From Clostridia bacterium (GTDB taxonomy: Bacteria > Bacillota > Clostridia > UMGS1883): a DNA stretch of 64,000 nucleotides. Where the stretch lies: assembly GCA_051866635.1 (NCBI GenBank), contig JBJDXJ010000046.1, forward strand, positions 31,518-95,517, read 5' to 3'. Both the position numbers and the translations under genes were made by a program. Below the pieces are notes generated by a model. That model was not told where the DNA came from. It saw only the letters and a program-made list of their open reading frames with translations, and ran no database searches. Below are positions 20,538 to 28,799 of the stretch, piece by piece (position 1 is the stretch's first letter; the number at the start of each line of letters is the position of its first letter).

Positions 20538-20950
20538 TTCAATTTCTCAACTATTTTTTCAATATAACCGTATAACTCTTTTGCACATTTGTCATATACT
20601 TCCTGACTTTTGCCATATGGGTCAGAAATATCCTCTCCGTCTGCATATTCCCCGATTGTAAACACATTTGCATCAGCTACAGCGGACAAAATTGCATCTT
20701 TATGGCTTTTTGTCATGGTAAGAATTAAATCAGCACTTTCCACATCTTCTTTTGTCAGTTGCCTTGACACATGACCTGTTATATCAATTCCCATTTTTTC
20801 CATGGCTTTAACAGCCTTTTCACTTGCAGGATTTCCCTCCTCTGCCATAAGACCACGGGATGCGGCACCTTGTGAGAAGAAGTTAAAAATCCCTTCTGCC
20901 ATAGGACTGCGGCATGTATTGCCTGTGCATACAAATAAAACTCTTTTCAC
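20534..20950 (-). CDS. ywlE: Low molecular weight protein-arginine phosphatase
   Basis: FVCTGNTCRSPMAE (Thr-type P-loop), DISDPYG; near sua5. Confidence 0.8.
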   Translation of the reverse strand: MKRVLFVCTGNTCRSPMAEGIFNFFSQGAASRGLMAEEGNPASEKAVKAMEKMGIDITGHVSRQLTKEDVESADLILTMTKSHKDAILSAVADANVFTIGEYADGEDISDPYGKSQEVYDKCAKELYGYIEKIVEKLK

Positions 20951-21151
20951 GTCTATCAAAACCCCTTATTTATCGGATTTTCTTCCTTTAATCTCTTTCT
21001 TTTATTATAAGTATAACCCATAATTTTACACGTAATTTCTTCTTCCTTCATAAAAAGAAGCTTTAGTGCAACAACAGTATAATATCACACATAAAGCATT
21101 TTTTCCACATTTATTTTGTTTTTCTTTAAATTTATATTCCGCAGTTGTCAA

Positions 21152-21277
21152 TGATATACTCCCATTAGAGTAGACACTTGAAATAACAAAAAGATTTCAA
21201 GACTATTCTAAGGGGAGTATATCAAAATGAGCAAGGGTCAATACTTAAGAAATATTAAAAATGGTAAATATAGATAG
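21152..21277 (+). mobile_element. IS3-family (IS150-like) left-end remnant with truncated orfA start
   Basis: TGATATACTCCC...AGTAGACAC end-like sequence; internal inverted copy GGGGAGTATATCA covers the RBS before ATG 21227; ORF stops after 16 codons. Confidence 0.5.
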
Positions 21278-21284
21278 GGATTAT

Positions 21285-21320
21285 AAAAGACTTCGGAGAA
21301 TTTTTCCGAAGTCTTTTCTT
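21285..21320. terminator. Intrinsic terminator-like hairpin
   Basis: AAAAGACTTCGGA-GAATTTT-TCCGAAGTCTTTT. Confidence 0.65.
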
Positions 21321-21691
21321 TTAATCACTATCCTTTTTCTTTTTCCATAACGATATCGCCATTACAATGTGGATGTGCCTATTTTTTTAGCAAAAAGAAA
21401 TAACCGCCCAAGTGACCAAACATTCAAGTGTAATCATTGCAGTTATACTTATACTTAGTAGCGATTTTTAATAGGGGAGAGAGCATAACAAAAGAGCCGG
21501 TCAAACGACTGACTCTTGGTGTTTATGTTTACCTACCATACTCCTTATCCACAATTTGTACCTCCTAATTTAAAATTATTTAAGTTGCCAATCTATATAG
21601 ATTTTGGTATATTTTTCTGGTTTTTTTAATTAGTATAGACAAAAAGAAGCACCCACGGAGGAAATTTAATCCTTTTTGGGTGCTTTTGCTT

Positions 21692-22030
21692 TTAAATCAT
21701 TTCAATAAATGAGTAAACCATATCAACCACTTCCAGAAGTTTATCATCAGGCAGCTTTTCAATAAATGCTGCCTGTCGTGCCGTTGCATCAAGCATTTTT
21801 GCTTGTTCACACAATATAACACCTGTTGTCTTTGTCCTGTTGTCTAACTCAACGTGAAAGGGGTGACTTTTGTTGGTGCTAGTTATCGGGCACAGCATAA
21901 GCATAGCACTTAACCTGTTAAAAGTATTATTGCTTATAACCACAGCGGGTCTTCTTCCCATTTGCTCATGCCCTGCTTGAGGGTTTAGTGTAATATACAC
22001 AATATCGCCTTGCTCAAATATATTTACCAT
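21692..22030 (-). CDS. mazF: Type II toxin, PemK/MazF family endoribonuclease
   Basis: QGDIVYITLNPQAGHEQMGRRPAVVISNNTFN, CPITS. Confidence 0.93.
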   Translation of the reverse strand: MVNIFEQGDIVYITLNPQAGHEQMGRRPAVVISNNTFNRLSAMLMLCPITSTNKSHPFHVELDNRTKTTGVILCEQAKMLDATARQAAFIEKLPDDKLLEVVDMVYSFIEMI

Positions 22031-22293
22031 ACTTCTTCACCCACAGGACTACCTGTGTCAATCTCTTCTGGCTGCTCTACTGAGCCGATTTGTTCTATTG
22101 GCTTACCGTAAAATGCTTCAAGACGGTCTTGCAGAGTGATATGCTTATGCTTTTCTGCCTTTCTCAGTATTATGCAATCTTCGGAAGCTATCACTTCAAC
22201 CTTGTCATTCTCTTTAAAGTTCAACTGGTCAAGGATTATTTTCGGAATTCTTATCCCTTGTGAGTTCCCCCACTTTTGTATTGTTGCGTTCAT
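22024..22293 (-). CDS. mazE: AbrB/MazE family antitoxin
   Basis: IQKWGNSQGIRIPK; C-terminal EIDTGSPVGEEVW; overlaps toxin start; RBS AAGGAG. Confidence 0.93.
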   Translation of the reverse strand: MNATIQKWGNSQGIRIPKIILDQLNFKENDKVEVIASEDCIILRKAEKHKHITLQDRLEAFYGKPIEQIGSVEQPEEIDTGSPVGEEVW

Positions 22294-22314
22294 ACTATCA
22301 ACTCCTTTAATGTA

Positions 22315-22343
22315 AGTATATACAAAGTTTATACACCTGTCAA
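22315..22343 (-). promoter_or_regulatory. mazEF promoter with overlapping operator-like repeats
   Basis: Reverse complement TTGACA-17 nt-TATACT; GTATAAAC-TTT-GTATATAC repeats overlap the spacer and -10. Confidence 0.7.
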
Positions 22344-22541
22344 TAGTAATATTCAAAAATAGCTCAATTCTTTCACTCAATAACAATAAAAACACCCTCA
22401 ACCGTTCAAAGTTAAGGATGCTTATTTTAGCTAAATTATTTCCATTAATTCTTATATTTATTTATGTTCTCCAAACCCTTTTGACACAAAATCACAGGAG
22501 GACTTTTTGTGACTATTTCTGTCGGAAGGGCACAACTATTT

Positions 22542-23531
22542 TTATATTACCTTTCCGCCTGCCGATTTTAAAAGCCTGTTACGTACCGCCACACCTATTC
22601 CCTTATTTTCGGGAAGTGTGGCGTAGATTTTTTCTATGCCTTCATCATCTGCTTTCCGAAGGAGATAAAAAAGCCTTGCGGCATAGTCCTTATCTGTGGC
22701 ACCTGCGGAATAAAAGCGGGCGTTTTTAGCATAGCTCTTAAACATATCGTAAGTTATAACAGCAGTTTTCCCATCATCGGGAATTGTGATGCTTTTAATA
22801 TCATTAACAGCAACAACATCTGCCTTAGGACTGTAATGGGTATATTTCATGCCGGGACACTTGGGAGCATCCGAATATTCGCCCCCGTAAATACAATCAC
22901 CGCATACATTTTCGATATCTTCCCTCGTAATTGCACCGGGACGCAGAATAACGGGCACTTCACCTGTCATGTCAACCACCGTGGACTCAACCCCTATAGT
23001 GCATTCGCCCCCGTCAATTATCATGTCTACCCTTCCATCCATATCTTGTTTGCAATGTAAAAATGTAGTAGGACTTGGGCTTCCCGACAAATTGGCAGAA
23101 GGAGCCGCAATAGGGGTGCCTGATAGTCGTATAAGTGCATTTGCAACGGGATGTGACGGCATCCTTACAGAAACGGTATCCAAATTAGCAGATACTATAT
23201 CGGGAACATTATCTTTTCTTTTTAATATGATTGTCAACGGTCCGCCCCAATACTCCTCCATAAGGTTCTTTGCCTTTTTGGGCACCTCCCTTGCCAGCAT
23301 ATTAACAGAGTCAATATCGGCAATATGTGAAATCAAAGGATTGTCAGAGGGTCTGCCCTTTGCCTTGTATATGTTTCCCACAGCCTGAGAGTTAAAGGTA
23401 TCTGCCCCCAAGCCATACACAGTTTCAGTGGGAAAAGCCACCAATCCCCCCTTTTTTATACACTCTGCCGCTTCCTTAAGAACGCTTTCGTCAAAGGATA
23501 AGGGGTTTACTTTTACATAAACAGTTTTCAT
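22542..23531 (-). CDS. sua5: L-threonylcarbamoyladenylate synthase (Sua5/YwlC)
   Basis: AFPTETVYGLG, KGRPSDNPLI, APSANLSG, PGMKYTHYSP plus SUA5 domain. Confidence 0.95.
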   Translation of the reverse strand: MKTVYVKVNPLSFDESVLKEAAECIKKGGLVAFPTETVYGLGADTFNSQAVGNIYKAKGRPSDNPLISHIADIDSVNMLAREVPKKAKNLMEEYWGGPLTIILKRKDNVPDIVSANLDTVSVRMPSHPVANALIRLSGTPIAAPSANLSGSPSPTTFLHCKQDMDGRVDMIIDGGECTIGVESTVVDMTGEVPVILRPGAITREDIENVCGDCIYGGEYSDAPKCPGMKYTHYSPKADVVAVNDIKSITIPDDGKTAVITYDMFKSYAKNARFYSAGATDKDYAARLFYLLRKADDEGIEKIYATLPENKGIGVAVRNRLLKSAGGKVI

Positions 23532-23552
23532 AAAACTAACCTTCTATACTCA

Positions 23553-23591
23553 AAAAGAAGTATCAATCAGGATAATTGATACTTCTTCTTT
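23553..23591 (-). terminator. Intrinsic terminator after the tyrosine kinase gene
   Basis: AGAAGTATCAAT-loop-ATTGATACTTCT hairpin with flanking A and T tracts. Confidence 0.65.
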
Positions 23592-23608
23592 ATTTTTGTA
23601 CAATGCAT

Positions 23609-25054
23609 TTATTCAACTCTGCCGTAGCCATAATAAGAATAGTTATACTTCTTACTGTATCCGCCGGGCAGGATTGATGTGTCTGTAACATTGTTGAATA
23701 CAAAACCGATAAGTTCAGCATTTGACTGGCTCACATCATTTGCAACGGAAATGACATCTTCTATATTCGCACTGTTTTGTCTTACAACCAGAATTGCCGC
23801 ATCCGTATATTCCGTTATAATAACAGCATCTGTAAATAGCTGTGAGGGAGGTGTATCAACAATAATGTAATCGTAGATTTCCCTTAATGCATCCATAGTC
23901 TTTTTAAGACCGGAGGTTGAAAGCACTTCCGAAGAATTGCCCACAGGCTTACCGCCGCAGATAAGGTCAACCTTTAAATTAGGTGTCTTTACAATAGCTT
24001 GTTCAACGCTTGCCTTTCCTGTAATTACATCCAATACAGAATACTTTACTTCTTCCTTTACATCAAGAATTTTAGCTACGGCAGGCTTTCTGAGGTCACA
24101 GTCAATCATAATAACCTTGTTATTATTCTGTGCCAAGGAAAGTGCAATGTTTGCCGCAACAGTAGTTTTGCCTTCATTTTCAAGGGCACTTGTTACCAGA
24201 ATTGTCTTAGCGTTATTTTTCTTCGAATATCTTTCAATCTTTGTTCTCATAGACTTATAAGTTTCGCTGAAAACAAAGCCTGTTTTCTTATTTGTAACAA
24301 GCATGGGTTCATGAGTATCTTTTCCGCCATTCTTGCCATTTTTACCCTTCTTGCCTTTGTTTATTTCAACATGGGGAACAGATCCGATATACTTAATATC
24401 AATTTTACTTGTAAGTGCGTTAGGTGTCATAACAGGTTCTTTAATAAGCTGTATTACAACAATAGCCGCCACTGCAAGAAAAGCACCTATTATAATGCCC
24501 AAAAGCCCCATCTTAATAAGGTTTCTGTTGGCATCGGGCATAACAGCCTTTATTGGTGTTTCCAACGCCTCCAGACTGCCTGAACGTACAGTTTCCTTTG
24601 CTTTTTCAGGAAGATAAGTGTTAATCGCCTCTGCAATGCGGTAAGTCACATCAGCATCAGGTGTTCGTACCGTTATCCTCATAATGTTGGAGTTTTCCAC
24701 CAAACTTGAAGAAATATAACTGTTAATATCCTCTTCGTAACCTGTTTCAGCCTTTATCCTCTGCACAAAGTCACGGCTCTTTATTAAATAAGAGTATGTA
24801 TTTGCCAGGTATTCGGCTACAATGAATTCATTTTGTGTAAGACTGCCGTCTGTATTAGTTTTTGAATTAATTACATAACTTATTGTGGAGGTATAACTCG
24901 GCACATAAGTAACCGCCGCAAAAATAATGCCAAGCAAAGCACATATAAGTGCACATGCTGCAACACTTTTCCATTTTTCAAGAACACACTTTATAAGTAT
25001 AGTTATTTCAATACGGCTTTCATTTTCTTCATTCATGGCTTTTTCGTAAGTCAC
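23609..25054 (-). CDS. Fused Wzz/CapA modulator and BY-kinase (polysaccharide biosynthesis tyrosine autokinase)
   Basis: Two TM segments flanking an external domain, then Walker A ENEGKTT, A' IDCDLRKP, B IIVDTPP and a C-terminal Tyr cluster; RBS GGAGG before GTG 25054. Confidence 0.9.
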   Translation of the reverse strand: MTYEKAMNEENESRIEITILIKCVLEKWKSVAACALICALLGIIFAAVTYVPSYTSTISYVINSKTNTDGSLTQNEFIVAEYLANTYSYLIKSRDFVQRIKAETGYEEDINSYISSSLVENSNIMRITVRTPDADVTYRIAEAINTYLPEKAKETVRSGSLEALETPIKAVMPDANRNLIKMGLLGIIIGAFLAVAAIVVIQLIKEPVMTPNALTSKIDIKYIGSVPHVEINKGKKGKNGKNGGKDTHEPMLVTNKKTGFVFSETYKSMRTKIERYSKKNNAKTILVTSALENEGKTTVAANIALSLAQNNNKVIMIDCDLRKPAVAKILDVKEEVKYSVLDVITGKASVEQAIVKTPNLKVDLICGGKPVGNSSEVLSTSGLKKTMDALREIYDYIIVDTPPSQLFTDAVIITEYTDAAILVVRQNSANIEDVISVANDVSQSNAELIGFVFNNVTDTSILPGGYSKKYNYSYYGYGRVE

Positions 25055-25172
25055 TTTATCTCCTCCCGTTACTACATATCTATTGTATCTTATTCTAAGT
25101 ATATCTTTTTTTTCTTCCAAAGTCAAGCACAACCGATATTTAGACATATCTTTTTTATTGCCAACAAAATCT

Positions 25173-25224
25173 ATACAATATATTGTATTTTGTTATTGAC
25201 ATCGCTACAATATTTGTGTATAAT
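25173..25224 (+). promoter_or_regulatory. nrdD promoter with tandem NrdR boxes
   Basis: ATACAATATATTGTAT (25173-88) and CTACAATATTTGTGTA (25205-20), 32 bp apart, overlapping TTGACA-17 nt-TATAAT. Confidence 0.85.
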
Positions 25225-25261
25225 GATGTTGTCTAAATTATGAACTTTTGGAGGATTGAAA

Positions 25262-27388
25262 ATGAAAGTTATAAAGAGAGATGGCTCTACTGTGGACTTT
25301 GACCGCAGTAAAATAGTTATTGCCATAAAAAAAGCCAACGCCGCTGTTGAAGAATCCAGTCGCATCGCCGAAGACAAAATAGAAGAAATTGTTTCACACA
25401 TTGAAAGTATTCACCGCCAGAGGGTTCTGGTTGAAGATATACAAGATATGGTGGAATCTCATCTTATGGAGGCAGGTAAGTACGATTTGGCAAAAACGTA
25501 CATTATCTACCGCTATAACCGTGCCTTAGTAAGAAAGGCAAACACAACAGACGAATCTATTCTTACATTGATTAAAAACTCAAACAAAGACCTTATGGAG
25601 GAAAATTCAAACAAAAATGCAATTATGGCGGCAACTCAGCGTGACCTTATTGCAGGTGAAGTGTCAAAGGATTTAACAAAGAGGCTCCTTCTTCCCGATC
25701 ATATTTCAAAAGCTCACGAGGAAGGTGCAATCCATTTCCATGACGCCGATTATTTCCTTCAGCCCATATTCAACTGTTGCCTTATAAACATAGGCGATAT
25801 GCTTGACAATGGCACCGTTATGAACGGAAAGCTTATTGAAAGCCCCAAGAGCTTCCAGGTTGCATGTACTATCATGACACAGATTATTGCTTCTGTTGCC
25901 TGCGGTCAGTACGGCGGACAGAGCGTTGATGTATCACACTTAGGCAAGTACCTTCGTAAGAGTAAGGACAAATTCTCTGCCCAGCTTACAAAGGAGTTTG
26001 GCGGTACTCTTTCTCCTGAAATCATTGAAAAGATTGTTGAACAAAGACTTCGTGATGAACTTAAAAGTGGTGTTCAGACAATTCAGTACCAGATAAATAC
26101 CCTTATGACTACAAACGGTCAGTCCCCCTTTGTTACTCTTTTCCTTAACCTTAAGGCAGACGATGAGTACATCGAAGAAAACGCAATGATTATCGAAGAA
26201 ATTCTCCGTCAGAGATATGAGGGTATAAAGAACGAGTGCGGTGTGTATGTAACGCCTGCATTTCCCAAGCTTATTTACGTTTTGGACGAATACAACTGCT
26301 TAAATGGCGGTAAGTACGACTATATTACACGGCTTGCGGTAAAGTGTTCCGCAAAGCGTCTTTACCCCGACTATATTTCCGCAAAGAAGATGCGTGAAAA
26401 CTATGAAAACAATGTATTCTCCCCTATGGGATGCCGTAGTTTCCTTTCTCCCTGGAAGGACGAGGACGGAAATTATAAATTTGAAGGCAGATTTAACCAG
26501 GGCGTTGTTTCACTTAACCTTCCTCAGATTGGTATTCTTGCCAAAGGAGACGAGGACAAATTCTGGGAAATCTTAAACGACAGGTTAAAGCTTTGCTTTG
26601 AAGCACTTATGTGCCGCCATCAGGCATTGGAAGGCACAATTTCCGATACAAGTCCCGTTCACTGGCAGTACGGTGCAATTGCAAGGCTTGAAAAGGGAGA
26701 AACCATTGACAAATACCTTCATGACGGTTATTCAACCATTTCTTTAGGCTATATCGGTCTTTATGAAGTTACAAAGCTTATGAAGGGTACAAGCCATACG
26801 GAGGGTGAAGGCAAGGAATTTGCCTTAAACCTTATGAAACGTCTCCGTGCACAGTGTGAGGAATGGAAAAAGGAAACAGGTATCGGTTTCGGTCTGTACG
26901 GAACACCTGCCGAAAGTCTTTGCTATCGTTTCGCACGCATTGATAAGGAACGCTTCGGTACAATCAAAGATGTTACCGATAAGGGTTATTACACAAATTC
27001 CTACCATGTTGATGTCCGTGAAAATATTGATGCATTTTCCAAGTTTGAATTTGAAAGCCAGTTCCAGAAGATTTCTTCCGGTGGTGCTATAAGCTATATT
27101 GAAATTCCCAACATGCGTCACAACCTTCCCGCACTGGAGGCACTTGTAAAGTTTATTTATGAAAACATCCAGTACGCTGAATTTAACACAAAGAGTGACT
27201 ACTGCCATGTTTGCGGTTATGACGGCGAAATACTTATTAACGATGACCTTGAGTGGGAATGTCCCGCATGCCACAACAAAGACCAGAAGAAGATGAATGT
27301 AACACGCCGCACTTGCGGATATTTGGGTGAAAATTTCTGGAATGTAGGTAAAACAAAAGAAATTAAGTCCCGTGTTCTTCACTTGTAA
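25262..27388 (+). CDS. nrdD: Anaerobic ribonucleoside-triphosphate reductase with ATP cone
   Basis: VIKRDGS ATP cone, FNCCL, MGCRS, YTNSYH, CHVC/CPAC, glycyl-radical motif RTCGYL. Confidence 0.98.
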   Translation: MKVIKRDGSTVDFDRSKIVIAIKKANAAVEESSRIAEDKIEEIVSHIESIHRQRVLVEDIQDMVESHLMEAGKYDLAKTYIIYRYNRALVRKANTTDESILTLIKNSNKDLMEENSNKNAIMAATQRDLIAGEVSKDLTKRLLLPDHISKAHEEGAIHFHDADYFLQPIFNCCLINIGDMLDNGTVMNGKLIESPKSFQVACTIMTQIIASVACGQYGGQSVDVSHLGKYLRKSKDKFSAQLTKEFGGTLSPEIIEKIVEQRLRDELKSGVQTIQYQINTLMTTNGQSPFVTLFLNLKADDEYIEENAMIIEEILRQRYEGIKNECGVYVTPAFPKLIYVLDEYNCLNGGKYDYITRLAVKCSAKRLYPDYISAKKMRENYENNVFSPMGCRSFLSPWKDEDGNYKFEGRFNQGVVSLNLPQIGILAKGDEDKFWEILNDRLKLCFEALMCRHQALEGTISDTSPVHWQYGAIARLEKGETIDKYLHDGYSTISLGYIGLYEVTKLMKGTSHTEGEGKEFALNLMKRLRAQCEEWKKETGIGFGLYGTPAESLCYRFARIDKERFGTIKDVTDKGYYTNSYHVDVRENIDAFSKFEFESQFQKISSGGAISYIEIPNMRHNLPALEALVKFIYENIQYAEFNTKSDYCHVCGYDGEILINDDLEWECPACHNKDQKKMNVTRRTCGYLGENFWNVGKTKEIKSRVLHL

Positions 27389-27425
27389 TTTAATAGAGCT
27401 TACAGGGCGGATTTTATCCGCCTAC

Positions 27426-27655
27426 AGACTGTCGATAAACTTATTTTTATTCAGTCGCAAGGGGTTTGGGGAGTAAGGCTCCCCAAATAAAATAGGAGAC
27501 GGAAATCGCATTTTCGGCTCCGAAAGTGGTGATTTTAGCATGTCTAGACCCCTTGCACGAGAAATTGCCACTTTGTTCCTTAAAATTACAGACCTCAAAG
27601 TGCTGAAGGACGTAGTCCGCCTTTGAGGTCGCGTGTTGACTCTTTTCGACACGCT
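27426..27655 (+). mobile_element. ~230-bp MITE-like structured repeat, copy 1
   Basis: Aligns end to end with 56713-56941; imperfect TIR AGACTGTCGATAAA / TTTTCGACACGCT; flanked by 19-bp direct repeat AGGGCGGATTTTATCCGCC (27404-22, 27656-74). Confidence 0.8.
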
Positions 27656-27696
27656 AGGGCGGATTTTATCCGCCCATGCTTTTAGGAGGGTATGAT

Positions 27697-28281
27697 ATGA
27701 ATTATGCAACAATAAAGAAACATGACATTGCAAACGGTCTCGGGGTACGTGTTTCCCTTTTTGTATCAGGCTGTACTCATCACTGCAAAGGTTGTTTTAA
27801 CCCCGAAACATGGGATTTTAATTATGGAAAGGAATTTACGAAGGCAGTTGAGGCGGAAATCATTGATTCCTTATCTCACGATTACATTTCCGGGCTTTCA
27901 CTTTTGGGCGGTGAACCTTTTGAGCCTGACAACCAGGCAGTTCTGGCACCTTTTCTTACAAAAGTAAAAAAGCTTTTTCCCAATAAGGATATATGGTGCT
28001 ATTCAGGCTACAACTTTGAAACAGATATGCTCACAGGCAAACTTGGAGACAGCTCTGTTACAGATGAAATGCTCAAAAACATTGATATTCTTGTAGACGG
28101 TGAATTTGTGGAAGCATTAAAGGATATATCCCTTCGCTTTAAAGGCTCGTCAAATCAGCGTATTATTGATGTACAGCGTTCATTGGAGGAAGATCATCTC
28201 ATTCTTTGGGATGGGGAAAGTAATATTGACCGCAAGGATGTATCGGGGGAAACTGTCCACTGTCCCTCCTGCGGAGAATAA
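27697..28281 (+). CDS. nrdG: Anaerobic ribonucleotide reductase activating radical SAM enzyme
   Basis: DIANGLGVRVSLFVSGCTHHCKGCFN, LGGEP, LVDGEF, FKGSSNQRII. Confidence 0.96.
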   Translation: MNYATIKKHDIANGLGVRVSLFVSGCTHHCKGCFNPETWDFNYGKEFTKAVEAEIIDSLSHDYISGLSLLGGEPFEPDNQAVLAPFLTKVKKLFPNKDIWCYSGYNFETDMLTGKLGDSSVTDEMLKNIDILVDGEFVEALKDISLRFKGSSNQRIIDVQRSLEEDHLILWDGESNIDRKDVSGETVHCPSCGE

Positions 28282-28294
28282 GAAAGGATTTACC

Positions 28295-28732
28295 ATGACA
28301 AACGTGAATATTAAAAAACTTAACCCAAACGCAATAATCCCCACATACGGAAGTGAATATGCCGCAGGATGTGACCTTTACGCATGTCTTTCAGAGCCTG
28401 TTACAATCTTACCTCACGAAACAGTGCTTATAAAAACAGGTATTGCTTTGGAAGTTCCTGTAGGCTATGCAGGGCTTATTTATGCAAGAAGCGGACTTGC
28501 TTCAAAGAGAAATCTTGCACCTGCCAACAAAGTAGGTGTTGTTGATTCTGATTACCGTGGCGAAGTTATGGTTGCACTCCATAACCACGGCACAACAGTG
28601 CAAACTGTAGAACACGGAGAAAGGATTGCACAGATGGTTATTGCCCCCTTCCTTACTGCAAACTTTGTGGAAGTTAATGAACTTTCAGATACTGTACGTG
28701 GCGAAGGCGGTTTTGGTTCAACTGGCAAATAA
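28295..28732 (+). CDS. dut: dUTP diphosphatase
   Basis: AGCDL, RSGL, GVVDSDYRGE, RIAQ, RGEGGFGSTG. Confidence 0.97.
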   Translation: MTNVNIKKLNPNAIIPTYGSEYAAGCDLYACLSEPVTILPHETVLIKTGIALEVPVGYAGLIYARSGLASKRNLAPANKVGVVDSDYRGEVMVALHNHGTTVQTVEHGERIAQMVIAPFLTANFVEVNELSDTVRGEGGFGSTGK

Positions 28733-28799
28733 GCTGATTGACAAAAGACGTATTTCATTATAAAATATAGTCATAAATTACAGAAAGGACTTGTTAAAC

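Noticed and set aside
20534-20950. LMW phosphatase as the Tyr-phosphatase partner of the BY-kinase
   Set aside because: The CTGNTCR P-loop and position near sua5 fit the arginine phosphatase YwlE
20957-21052. 31-codon ORF upstream of ywlE
   Set aside because: No RBS; the region looks like an AT-rich promoter (TATACTTATAAT)
25262-27388. Intron or intein in nrdD
   Set aside because: ORF is continuous and of normal length, with no insertion seen
27422-27733. 103-aa minus-strand ORF, and ORFs 56718-56915 and 56861-57091, over the repeat copies
   Set aside because: Frame and strand are not conserved between the two copies; no transposase motifs
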